Origin: an uncultured archaeon
GTDB lineage: Archaea > Thermoplasmatota > Penumbrarchaeia > JASLWR01
Reading direction: 5' to 3'
Assembly (NCBI GenBank): GCA_964430885.1
Contig: CAYSHM010000014.1
Coordinates: forward strand, 12,307-76,306
Length of the DNA: 64,000 nt
The notes under the pieces were generated by a model. That model worked only from the letters and a program-made list of their open reading frames with translations, was not told the DNA's origin and did not search any database. Of the stretch, positions 29,920 to 39,308 are shown in pieces (positions within the stretch are counted from its first letter, which is position 1; each line of letters begins with the position of its first letter). The position numbers were made by a program, and so were the translations under genes.

Positions 29920-30645
29920 TTGACTAAATTACATCTTGATGACGACTTCATCAATAAAATAAATCAAAAATATTCCCGTCCATTTATACAAATCAATGCT
30001 GCTTCATCAATGGATGGAAAGATTGCCGGATTAAACGGAACAAGATTAGAAATCTCCCCAAAGGAAGATTTTGAACGGGTTCACGAACTCCGTTCCTCCC
30101 TTGATTCCATATTGGTTGGGATCGATACAATAATCAATGATGACCCTCGGCTGATGGTCAAAGAACTGTTTACCGATAATAGGCCCTTAAAACATCCAAC
30201 AAGATTGATTTTGGATTCCAAAGGCAGAATTGACTCGGGTAAAAGACTTTTTAATTCCTCGACTCCCACAATTATTATTACTTCATTTGATGCTTTGAAC
30301 AACCTAAGGGATAGATTCAGATCCAAGGGGAATGTTGAAATCCAAGGTGTCCACAGCAATAAATCCGGTTTATTGGAAGTTGAAAAACTTTTCCCTTATC
30401 TACTCGAAAGGGAAATTCGATCGATCCTTGTTGAAGGTGGAAGTAAGGTAATTTCATATTTTATCAGAAATGGGTTGTTTGACGTATTAACCATCTTCAT
30501 CAGCTTCTTCTTTATCGGAGGTAGTGATGCGCCTCCTCTCATAGGAGGGAAATCTGCGTCTATTTTAAAAGATACCATCCGTTTAGGTAAACCCGATATA
30601 GAAATTTTGGACGAAGGATTATTGATAAGCTATACAAATCTCTAA
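29920..30645 (+). CDS. RibD C-terminal-type reductase (2,5-diamino-6-ribosylamino-4(3H)-pyrimidinone 5'-phosphate reductase)
   Basis: NAASSMDGKIA, VHELRSSLDSILVGIDTIINDDPRL, RLILDSKGR, ILVEGG. Confidence 0.88.
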   Translation: MTKLHLDDDFINKINQKYSRPFIQINAASSMDGKIAGLNGTRLEISPKEDFERVHELRSSLDSILVGIDTIINDDPRLMVKELFTDNRPLKHPTRLILDSKGRIDSGKRLFNSSTPTIIITSFDALNNLRDRFRSKGNVEIQGVHSNKSGLLEVEKLFPYLLEREIRSILVEGGSKVISYFIRNGLFDVLTIFISFFFIGGSDAPPLIGGKSASILKDTIRLGKPDIEILDEGLLISYTNL

Positions 30646-30832
30646 TTCAATTATCGATTCAATTTTTTCCATCCCTTTCTAGTTTGAATGAGCCATCCAT
30701 AATCATCAAACTATTCTCCCCTCTTTCATTTCATTAAAGGTCATTTTATATAAGGTATTGAATTATTGTTCTTGCTACCTTTATTAACAATTTAACCTGA
30801 TAATTATTGAATACCTAAACTGGGATGAGTTA

Positions 30833-31312
30833 ATGGGAAATGAGGAATTGACTTTCTTATGCGACAGGATGCTGGGGAAATTGTGCAGATGGCTCAGGTT
30901 TTTAGGATTCGATTCGTCATTTACCCCCGATATTAAAGATAGATTAATTATACAAATTGCCCATAGGGAGAATAGAATACTACTGACCCGTGATAAAGGA
31001 ATATCCAGAATGAATCTCATGAATATTGGATTCATGTTGATCCATGCTGTAGATCTGGAATCTCAACTTGCAGAAGTTAACAAAAAGTATGATCTCATTC
31101 AAAATGCGGTTAAAAATGATACGATCCTCAATAGATGTTCTATCTGCAACAATATCCTTATAGAAGCGGAAAAAAAAGTTGTGAAAAAGGGGGTGCCAGA
31201 AGGGATTTTTTCGGTAGAAAACAATTTCTGGCATTGTGGCAAATGCAATAAGTATTATTGGCCAGGAAGTCATTATGAGGAAATACTTAAAAAAATAGAA
31301 ACATTGAAATAA
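30833..31312 (+). CDS. Mut7-C RNase (PIN-like) domain protein with zinc ribbon
   Basis: FLCDRMLGKLCRWLRFLGFD, ILLTRD, RCSICN, CGKCNKYYWPGSHY. Confidence 0.9.
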   Translation: MGNEELTFLCDRMLGKLCRWLRFLGFDSSFTPDIKDRLIIQIAHRENRILLTRDKGISRMNLMNIGFMLIHAVDLESQLAEVNKKYDLIQNAVKNDTILNRCSICNNILIEAEKKVVKKGVPEGIFSVENNFWHCGKCNKYYWPGSHYEEILKKIETLK

Positions 31313-31444
31313 ATCCATGACATTCAATTAAGTCATTATTAATCATTAAAAATTATAGGGAAAAAAAGTATAATATACTTTGATTTGACCTAATCATTCA
31401 GTTCTATTCGAATCAGATATTATTTATTATTATTATTATGGGAA

Positions 31445-32626
31445 GTGTTGGTTTTGGCTGACGATTACTATGGAATACTGGAAATAGATAGGGATGCCTC
31501 GCAGGCTGAAGTAAAGAAAGCATATAGGAGATTAGCTCGAAAATATCATCCGGATGCAAATCCTGATGACCCTTCAGCAGCCGATAAATTCCGTCTTCTA
31601 AAAGAAGCATTCGATATATTATCCGATCCTCTTGAGAGGGATAAATACGACCATCAAGGTCCAGGGGGAGATGACTTCGATAATGATTATGATATGAATA
31701 ATCAGAGTCAGGCTTCATCTTATGGAACGCCGCCGCCTCCATCAAGACCATCTAACGGTTATTATTCCAATGCTGACCAATACAATCAACCACCTAGCAC
31801 CCCTGATCCTAGGCCGCCTACTCCGCACCACCAAGATACTATTGGGATGCAGGCGGGGGCAGACCTGAAATATGACCTAGAGATAACATTTGAGGAAAGT
31901 ATATACGGACTTGAAACAGAACTAGAAGTACCCATAATGGCCGAATGTAATGTATGCCAGGGAATTGGAATCAGACCTGGAGCGCCTCAAGTCCCTTGTG
32001 CGGTTTGCAATGGAATGGGTGAAGTGAGCCAAAATATGTATGGCAGGGGTGGAAGAAATCTTATTTGCGATACCTGTCAAGGTACGGGAATCAGTCCCGA
32101 ATATCTTTGCATGAACTGCCAAGGGAACGGGCGTGTTCGATCTGTCAGGAATGTATATGTCAAGGTTCCACCAGGGGTCGAAAATGGGGCCAGATTGAGA
32201 ATAAGGAATATGGGAGAACCGGGAATTAGAGGGGGGCCTGCAGGCGATTTATATGTTATGATTTACATTCTTGAGCACGACATCTTTGAAAGACATGGTA
32301 ACGAGATACTCTGTGAAGCCACAATCTCATTACTTCAAGCTTCATTAGGAGCGGAAATCGAGGTTCCGACGATAGAAGGAAAAGCGGTTATAAAGATCCC
32401 ACCAGGGACACAGACTGGGACTATCTTCAGATTGAGGGGGAAAGGGGTCCCTGATGTGAGAACAAAAGAAAGAGGGGACCAGCATGTCAAAATTACGGTC
32501 ATTACTCCTACCAATTTGAACAAGAATGCAAAAAATCTGCTCTGGAAATTCGGGAAAGAGATCGGAGAGGACATGGATTCGATCCTAATGCGCAGGGGTA
32601 AATCCAAACCTGCAAGAAAGAGATGA
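31445..32626 (+). CDS. dnaJ: Molecular chaperone DnaJ (class A)
   Basis: J domain DYYGIL...YHPD, four CxxCxGxG repeats, C-terminal GDLYV and IPPGTQTG motifs. Confidence 0.93.
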   Translation: MLVLADDYYGILEIDRDASQAEVKKAYRRLARKYHPDANPDDPSAADKFRLLKEAFDILSDPLERDKYDHQGPGGDDFDNDYDMNNQSQASSYGTPPPPSRPSNGYYSNADQYNQPPSTPDPRPPTPHHQDTIGMQAGADLKYDLEITFEESIYGLETELEVPIMAECNVCQGIGIRPGAPQVPCAVCNGMGEVSQNMYGRGGRNLICDTCQGTGISPEYLCMNCQGNGRVRSVRNVYVKVPPGVENGARLRIRNMGEPGIRGGPAGDLYVMIYILEHDIFERHGNEILCEATISLLQASLGAEIEVPTIEGKAVIKIPPGTQTGTIFRLRGKGVPDVRTKERGDQHVKITVITPTNLNKNAKNLLWKFGKEIGEDMDSILMRRGKSKPARKR

Positions 32627-32700
32627 ATAAAAAGAACTTTCTTTTCAATCTACACTATTATCACAACTAAGTATACTAGCTTTCGTGTGAGGAATAATAT

Positions 32701-33210
32701 ATGGCAAAACTTCCAAAAGATATTCTGAATAAAAGGGTTTCACAAGAGATTGCATTAGCAAAGAGAAAACTGCTGCATATAATCGCAATTGAGGAGGGTG
32801 TGATCGAAGATTTTCCTGTTTCTTTGATGGTTACTCTCATTGATGTCGCAGGCCCGGTCTGGAGAGGAGAAGAATTATCTCATAAAAAAACCCATCAATT
32901 TGAGATAACCATTACCGAGAGCTATCCTTATGAGAAACCTATTGTGAAGTGGAACAGTGAAATATTCCATCCAAATATCAAACTTCCAGAGGATGGAGGT
33001 GATGTCTGTACTAGACTGCTTGACGGTTGGGGATTTCATTCCAATATTCTAGCTTTCATTAAGGGTGTCGAATCCCTCCTTACCAATCCCAATCCTCGAT
33101 CTCCCTGGGGCACTGATTCCTGCACATCTGCAGCCCTTTTCTTCAATACACATGATTATGAACCCCCTGAAGGTAGGATTGATGACATGGGTCCAAAAAT
33201 TGTAAAATAG
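32701..33210 (+). CDS. Ubiquitin-conjugating enzyme E2 (UBC-fold) protein
   Basis: KRVSQEI helix 1, YPYEKP, IFHPNI, GGDVC (catalytic Cys codon 33007-33009), W, SLLTNPNPRSP; collinear with eukaryotic UBE2D-type E2. Confidence 0.88.
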   Translation: MAKLPKDILNKRVSQEIALAKRKLLHIIAIEEGVIEDFPVSLMVTLIDVAGPVWRGEELSHKKTHQFEITITESYPYEKPIVKWNSEIFHPNIKLPEDGGDVCTRLLDGWGFHSNILAFIKGVESLLTNPNPRSPWGTDSCTSAALFFNTHDYEPPEGRIDDMGPKIVK

Positions 33211-33342
33211 AAACCCGTGAAAATCTTAGAAGCTGTTGTGCTGTTAGAAGTTGGATCCTGAATCTTTAAAGGGTAAATGTAACAGACAGAATGGATCAGA
33301 CGGGAAATTGGAAATATTGTATGTTGTGAGTTAATCCACTAT

Positions 33343-34212
33343 CTACATTTTTCTAGCTTTTTGAACCTGTAGAAGATCCTCAGTGGATAATTTCCCGCCT
33401 TCCTTAAACTGCTGAAATATATTCTCTGCCAAACCCTTATCCTTTTTCTTCTTTATCTTCTCAGAAGCCTTCTTCTTCTTACGGATCAATTTACCTAATA
33501 TCTTATCTAAATCACGAATGTGGATGATGTATTGAGTATGAGCCCTGTGTTCAACATCAGCCTTTGTTTTATATTCTACAAATTCCTGCTGTTTCTCATC
33601 ACCCAGTTTTCGATATTTCCGAATATTCTTCTTTGATTCTATCATTTCTTCATGATATTGCTGGGCTTTTTGGGCATACTCATTGACCTTCTGATGTTCA
33701 TCCTCGGCATTCTGATGGACCTCTTTTTTCCTGAGAATGACCTCACGAGTTTTTTCATTCTCTTCAAATTCCCTCTCTCTCTTCCTTATTTTCTCCATCA
33801 GTTCTTTTATTTTATCAATAAGTTCTCTCTCTTTTTTTGAGTCCATCGCTTCGGTCTGCTGTTTCATCTCCAGCTCTTTCACTTCATTACGGAGAGCACC
33901 CATAGAACGACCCATTTTAGGTCTTAATTTGGCCTGCAGTTCTACGATTTTCAGATGAAGTTCCCTGGCTTCCTTATTATATTGGTTCCTTAACTTCTTA
34001 GATTCAAAAACCTTTACGTTCAAATCATCCCTCATCTTCTTGAGATCTCTGCTTCTAGAAAGGTTTTCTCTGACCAGGCTGTTATAATGATCTCGTTCCT
34101 TGGCTTTTATTCTGGTATTCTTGTTTAGATCATTTCTTTTTTGCCGATGTTCTTTAGCCTTATCAGACAAAAATCGTCTTTTCTCTTGTAATCGCTCAGT
34201 AATCTTTCTCAT
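33343..34212 (-). CDS. Archaeal long coiled-coil protein (COG1340-like)
   Basis: KRNDLN/RDDLN/RNQYN heptad repeats, LEMKQQT, C-terminal FKEGGKLSTEDLLQVQK signature. Confidence 0.85.
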   Translation of the reverse strand: MRKITERLQEKRRFLSDKAKEHRQKRNDLNKNTRIKAKERDHYNSLVRENLSRSRDLKKMRDDLNVKVFESKKLRNQYNKEARELHLKIVELQAKLRPKMGRSMGALRNEVKELEMKQQTEAMDSKKERELIDKIKELMEKIRKREREFEENEKTREVILRKKEVHQNAEDEHQKVNEYAQKAQQYHEEMIESKKNIRKYRKLGDEKQQEFVEYKTKADVEHRAHTQYIIHIRDLDKILGKLIRKKKKASEKIKKKKDKGLAENIFQQFKEGGKLSTEDLLQVQKARKM

Positions 34213-34424
34213 CGTATCCTGCCACTAATTCAATATTTTCCCAAAAAGGACTTTCATACATCTTACTCTTAAAAACATATGACCAATGCTTTTATTTAAG
34301 CTACACTTTACTTGCTTACAAATAAACACTCACCAAATCCAAAAGGACTGAAGCGGTAGCGTGAACACTAAAAAACTCTTTAAATCTTTCTATGCTGATT
34401 GATAATAATGGAGATTGAAAAGCT

Positions 34425-35834
34425 TCAATATGAAATATTTCCCTGAAAAGCCTCTTCTATAAGGCGCTCGTATTCTTCTGAAGTGATCTCCCCTTTCTCG
34501 AATTTATCCGCCAACATTTCAAAATAATGCTTCAATTTTTCATCTTCATCCTCAAATTGATAATTATCGTAGGATTCCTCTGAGATGTCCTTAGATTCTT
34601 CGACATTGTCGTCATCATCTAGGGGTACTGCTACAACCTCTTTATCAAACCCTTCGGTTCCCCCGTAATCCAATATTTCTGCTTTGGTTTCAGCCATAGA
34701 CTCCCACTCATCATCTCCAGTATACCTTAGTTCCTCAATGTCTTCTTCGGTGATCTCATGGCCTTCATAGATGTCAACTTCTTCGATCTCCTCTTCCTGA
34801 TCTGCATGAAGATAACTAAGCTGATCATGGGGTGAAACCTCAGAGAAATCATCCTCTTCCAGGTTAGTCAAATCCCGTCTTCTATCGACCTGAGGAGTTC
34901 TAGGGAATTTATCCCTTTTATGTCTAAGATAACAATTTGCGCACATAGCTGGTTCTGAACGTCTTCTCTCACCCCTGAAATCGATCTCGCAAGTGGCACA
35001 GAATAGATTTTCACATTCGTTGCAGCGAATACTCCTATTATCTTTTGATATTGGGTTTCTGCAGTAAGGACATAAATGCGACTCCCTGGCAGGTGTGAAA
35101 TCCAACTCGTCCTCACCATCCGCCTGTGCAAACATGCTCTGTATGTATTTCCGCCTTTCCTGGTACCTCTTATATTCCTCAATAAACTCTTTCTCGGTAG
35201 GAGTTCTTCTGATTGTCGTCGGTCTCAACCCCAGAGGTCCCATTTTCCTCTCTACTATGAAATCTTCCCGATCCTGGGCATATTCAGGAAAATCTCCAAA
35301 CTGTTCTTCAGAATATTCTGTTTGCTGTTTGACCTGCATTTGCTTAGTTTCCTGCTGCGCCTGCTGCTGAGGTTGTGGTTGTTGGGGTTGTTCCTGAATC
35401 TGATTTTGAATCTGCTGGTTTAAGAATGGCGCCTGCTGCTGAGGCTTGGGTTGTTCATTTTGCTGTGGCTGATAACCGCCGTAATTATATACTGAATGGC
35501 TAGAATGATCCACCGCGGGAGAATGATCATATTTATCATCCGCCTCCTCTCGGCATGCCTCTTTGTTTCGAAGGGCCGATTCATTCATAGGGTTTATCTT
35601 CAGGGCCTTATTGAAACATTTCAATGCAGACTCATAATCCTTCATCTTGCTGTAAGCAAGGCCCATATTATTCCAAGCCCCATCATGAGAGGGTCGGTAT
35701 TCCAGAGCCTTCATATAATAAGCAATTGCTGCCGGATAGTTCTTCCGCCTGAACTCATAATTGCCCTTTTCTTTGAACTTCTCTGCCTGGGTTGTTGAGT
35801 CCATATCCCTAGCATAACGACTATCTGCTCTCAT
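34425..35834 (-). CDS. TPR repeats, Q-rich linker, 8-Cys zinc finger, acidic region and SHOCT-like C-terminus
   Basis: TPRs AEKFKEKGN...AWNNMGLAY...KALKINP; CPYC-x12-CNEC-x4-CATC-x15-CANC; terminal LADKFEKGEITSEEYE. Confidence 0.8.
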   Translation of the reverse strand: MRADSRYARDMDSTTQAEKFKEKGNYEFRRKNYPAAIAYYMKALEYRPSHDGAWNNMGLAYSKMKDYESALKCFNKALKINPMNESALRNKEACREEADDKYDHSPAVDHSSHSVYNYGGYQPQQNEQPKPQQQAPFLNQQIQNQIQEQPQQPQPQQQAQQETKQMQVKQQTEYSEEQFGDFPEYAQDREDFIVERKMGPLGLRPTTIRRTPTEKEFIEEYKRYQERRKYIQSMFAQADGEDELDFTPARESHLCPYCRNPISKDNRSIRCNECENLFCATCEIDFRGERRRSEPAMCANCYLRHKRDKFPRTPQVDRRRDLTNLEEDDFSEVSPHDQLSYLHADQEEEIEEVDIYEGHEITEEDIEELRYTGDDEWESMAETKAEILDYGGTEGFDKEVVAVPLDDDDNVEESKDISEESYDNYQFEDEDEKLKHYFEMLADKFEKGEITSEEYERLIEEAFQGNISY

Positions 35835-36145
35835 GATTCACCACATCGTTATTGTTTTACTTGATACTTAACCTGAAACAACTAGTTCATATTTAATCTT
35901 ACCCTATCTCAATTGGTCAATAATGAACATTTTGGAAGATATTTTACCTAAATCAATCAAATTCTTCATTGATTTGTTATCCCTTGAACTGATAAGAAGA
36001 AAGATGATTTCCCATATTTTGTTCATTACAACAATTAAATAAGGAATCCAACCGTATATAAAATTTTTCAGCATATATAAATTGTAAAAAACTATAAATC
36101 GAGGGATATAAATAGTGGTTCAGGTTTTCTAATGCAGGTGATCCA

Positions 36146-36736
36146 TTGGCGAGCAATGATAAAAAGGTTTATACCGCTGGAATTGTGATTTTTCTTTTAG
36201 CCTTGATAGGTGCTTTAGTTACAGGTGAAAATGTAACAATTAAAACAAGCATATCTGGAGCATCAATCGATTTCTCGCAATATGAGAAGAAGGTCAGCCT
36301 GCCATTCAATGATGCAAAATATGCTGACGAAGGAACTCCTTTGAAGGAAACCTATACTGTCCCTGACCTCAATGTTTGCAACCTCAGTTATAGATTGACT
36401 TGGACCGATGAAGAGGATATGGGGTGGATCGGAAGTTCACCGAACCATGAAAACCAACCTGACGCTTTTACGATAACAATCGAATCCCCGGACGGCTCTG
36501 TAAAAAAAACCGATAGCGGTTCCAATAGCTATGGGCAGGATGGATTGATTGAAGGGGTTGTGGAATTACCCATTTCCAGCATTCCCAGCCAAAACGGTAC
36601 CGGAAATTGGAACATTACCATATCAGTTGATGCAGGCGATCATGAACCTGCAAGGATAGGGCTATTCCGATTCCTTGACAACGGGAACGATTATAATCTT
36701 GAACTATCCCATGAATATTATACACCAAAAAAATAA
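36146..36736 (+). CDS. Membrane-anchored extracellular beta-sandwich protein, function unknown
   Basis: N-terminal TM helix; LTWTDE, PDAFTITIESPDG, GNWNITIS; GGTGA RBS; first gene of the OPT operon. Confidence 0.65.
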   Translation: MASNDKKVYTAGIVIFLLALIGALVTGENVTIKTSISGASIDFSQYEKKVSLPFNDAKYADEGTPLKETYTVPDLNVCNLSYRLTWTDEEDMGWIGSSPNHENQPDAFTITIESPDGSVKKTDSGSNSYGQDGLIEGVVELPISSIPSQNGTGNWNITISVDAGDHEPARIGLFRFLDNGNDYNLELSHEYYTPKK

Positions 36737-36741
36737 GCTAA

Positions 36742-38772
36742 ATGACTCAAGGTAGTGGCGATACAATGACATCTGATGAACTTGAACCATATATCAAAGC
36801 TGACCAATCTTTGCCCGAGCTTACTTTGAGGGCCATGATAGTAGGTGCTCTATTAACAATTATGATGGCAGCAGCAAATGCCTATTTGGGTCTTTATGCC
36901 GGAATGACCGTGTCTGCCACAATTCCTGCTGTTGTTATGGCTTTAGCCATTTTGAAACCCATGAGAGCAAACATACTGGAGATTAATCAGGCAAAATGTG
37001 TGGCTGTAGCTGGTGAATCTCTTGCTGCAGGTGTTATTTTTACGATTCCCGCGTTGGTTGTACTTCACAGAATGACGGAAGGAATGGCTGGATGGAGCAA
37101 TCTTTGGGGCAGTGGCGGTTCCCACATCTACTTGTCCATCGTCATCGCCTTGATGGGTGGATTACTCGGTGTACTCTTCACAATACCTTTAAGAAATGTT
37201 CTTATAAAAGATTTAGCTCTTCCATTTCCCGAAGGAGTAGCTTCTGCGGAAGTACTGAAGAGCTGTGAAAAAGGCGGTTCAGGAATGAAAATCGTTTTCA
37301 GCGCCTTGGGGATGGGTGCATTATTCAAATATATCGGATCTCCCTTCGGGTTCAGTCTTTGGAAGGAGAAATTCGAAACTGTAATTGGGTCAGGCAAGGT
37401 AAGGATGTATGGCGGATTGAACCTATCTCCTGCATTATTGGGTGTCGGTTTTATTTTGGGACCAAAAATATCCGGATTGGTATTTCTTGGTGGCGCTATC
37501 GGATGGATCTTTATGCTTCCGGTCATCGGAGCAATATTGGGTTGGCCTGTATCAGGACTATCATACGAACTGAACGGCGGCGGAGCGGTGGGATCTGTTT
37601 GGCAGGTTTGGTTTGAAAATACTCTTTATGTTGGTGTTGGAGCCATTGTTACCGGAGGAATCTGGACCCTTTTCAAGATGAGAAAAGCAATATCAAAGGG
37701 TGTGGGAGAGGCACTTAAGGGCGCTAGAAACCAGGATGATGAGGAAGAGGTTATCAGAACGGAAAAGGACTTCAACTTGAAACTATGGTTCTTCCTTGTA
37801 ATATCTGTTATTGTTGGAGTGGTCTATTACATAGCTACAGAAAATATACTTGCCACACTTGTTGCAACTATCATGATGTTCTTTGCCACATTTGTATTTA
37901 CTGCCATTGCGGGTTATTTGGCAGGGGTGGTTGGATCTTCCAACAATCCCATATCCGGAGTCACTGTAGCAACTTTGCTATTCACAGCTCTAATACTGCT
38001 CATACTCCCTGTGGACAAGTATATAGGAATGACTGCAACCATAATAGTAGGTGGTGTGGTCTGCGTTAGTGCAGCTATAGCCGGTGACTCCATGCAGGAA
38101 TTAAAAACAGGACAGCTACTCGGTGCAACTCCCTATTATCTCCAGATTGCTAGATTCCTAGGTGTAATAATTGCAGCTTTAATTGTACCTTTTGTTGTCT
38201 ATATGCTTGACAGCGTATATCAGATCGGAAGTGCCAACCTCATAGCACCTCAGGCTACAGTAATGGCGACCATTGCCAAAGGAGTATTTCAATGGGACCT
38301 GAACTTCCTTATGTTCTTCATCGGCGTTGGATTAGCTATCGTACTAATCATACTTGACCTGAGTGTTATGGCGGTAGCTATCGGTATCTATCTTCCCTTC
38401 ACACTCACATTGCCTATTATGTTGGGAGGTATAATCAAATATTTTACAAACTGGACAATAAGCAAAAAGGTCAATGAAGTTCAAGATGTGGACGAGGAGA
38501 CAAAGAAAGGCGCTATAAAAAGAATATTGGAAAAAACGGAGAATCCTGGGATATTGATAAGTTCCGGTTTGATCGCCGGAGAGGCAGTTGTAGGGGTTCT
38601 TATTGCTCTATTCTATATCATGAATATTCAACCCACCTTATTCAATTCTCCATCCACTTGGCCCGGTTTCCTAGTATTCATGTACCTTGGTTTTCTGATA
38701 TGGTACTTTGTGGTGAGAGGGGTTCTGAAGAATAAAGATGTTATTGAATATTCCAATCACAAAGAACCATAA
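36742..38772 (+). CDS. Oligopeptide transporter, OPT family
   Basis: ELTLRA, ANAYLGLYAGMTVSATIPA, LPFPEGVASAEV, GSSNNPISG, MQELKTG, APQA, SGLIAGE. Confidence 0.95.
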   Translation: MTQGSGDTMTSDELEPYIKADQSLPELTLRAMIVGALLTIMMAAANAYLGLYAGMTVSATIPAVVMALAILKPMRANILEINQAKCVAVAGESLAAGVIFTIPALVVLHRMTEGMAGWSNLWGSGGSHIYLSIVIALMGGLLGVLFTIPLRNVLIKDLALPFPEGVASAEVLKSCEKGGSGMKIVFSALGMGALFKYIGSPFGFSLWKEKFETVIGSGKVRMYGGLNLSPALLGVGFILGPKISGLVFLGGAIGWIFMLPVIGAILGWPVSGLSYELNGGGAVGSVWQVWFENTLYVGVGAIVTGGIWTLFKMRKAISKGVGEALKGARNQDDEEEVIRTEKDFNLKLWFFLVISVIVGVVYYIATENILATLVATIMMFFATFVFTAIAGYLAGVVGSSNNPISGVTVATLLFTALILLILPVDKYIGMTATIIVGGVVCVSAAIAGDSMQELKTGQLLGATPYYLQIARFLGVIIAALIVPFVVYMLDSVYQIGSANLIAPQATVMATIAKGVFQWDLNFLMFFIGVGLAIVLIILDLSVMAVAIGIYLPFTLTLPIMLGGIIKYFTNWTISKKVNEVQDVDEETKKGAIKRILEKTENPGILISSGLIAGEAVVGVLIALFYIMNIQPTLFNSPSTWPGFLVFMYLGFLIWYFVVRGVLKNKDVIEYSNHKEP

Positions 38773-38883
38773 ACCATTTAGATATATTATCGATCTATTA
38801 AGCATTATATTGATCTAAAAATTTACCTATTTCCAGTAACATCTAATACTCCGACATTATCATCGGGTTTTTCAGCAACATAT

Positions 38884-39279
38884 TTGCATGGTGATAAAAT
38901 AGATAAAAAATCAATTTCATTCGACCATTACCTCCATCTAGTTCCCAAAAGAAATTGCAGATGGTATATCTCAAAGAAAACTGGTCGTTGTGTAATTAGA
39001 ATCAAAAGATTCAAAAAAGAACCTTCATTGTATCAGAGAATCCTGTTAAAATTATTTCATAGGAACGAATATATCAAGATATTCTTAGATGATTACGGGT
39101 CGGATGTATTCCGTTTCATCAATTCAAAGAATGACATAAAGACAATAGCCAATAAAATCAAATTTAAAAATAAGAGAGATGGGAAAAATATCAATTTCAG
39201 GCTTATCTCATTTATACTCAATCTAGAAAGCAATGGATTGATCGTGCTGCTAAAACCAAAAACTGACAAAAATCTTTGA
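38884..39279 (+). CDS. PqqD/RRE-like winged-helix protein
   Basis: IFLDDYGSDVFRFINSKNDIKTIA...RLISFILNLESNGLI matches the PqqD-family pattern; follows OPT. Confidence 0.65.
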   Translation: MHGDKIDKKSISFDHYLHLVPKRNCRWYISKKTGRCVIRIKRFKKEPSLYQRILLKLFHRNEYIKIFLDDYGSDVFRFINSKNDIKTIANKIKFKNKRDGKNINFRLISFILNLESNGLIVLLKPKTDKNL

Positions 39280-39308
39280 TTATTCCTATTATTAATAGGT
39301 GCTGGCAT

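Noticed and set aside
33211-33342. Small ubiquitin-like gene next to the E2
   Set aside because: The gap is too short for a beta-grasp protein and has no ORF ending in Gly-Gly.
35340-35470. CAG/CAA-rich repeat-like DNA
   Set aside because: It encodes the Q/P-rich linker of the TPR protein and is not an independent repeat element.
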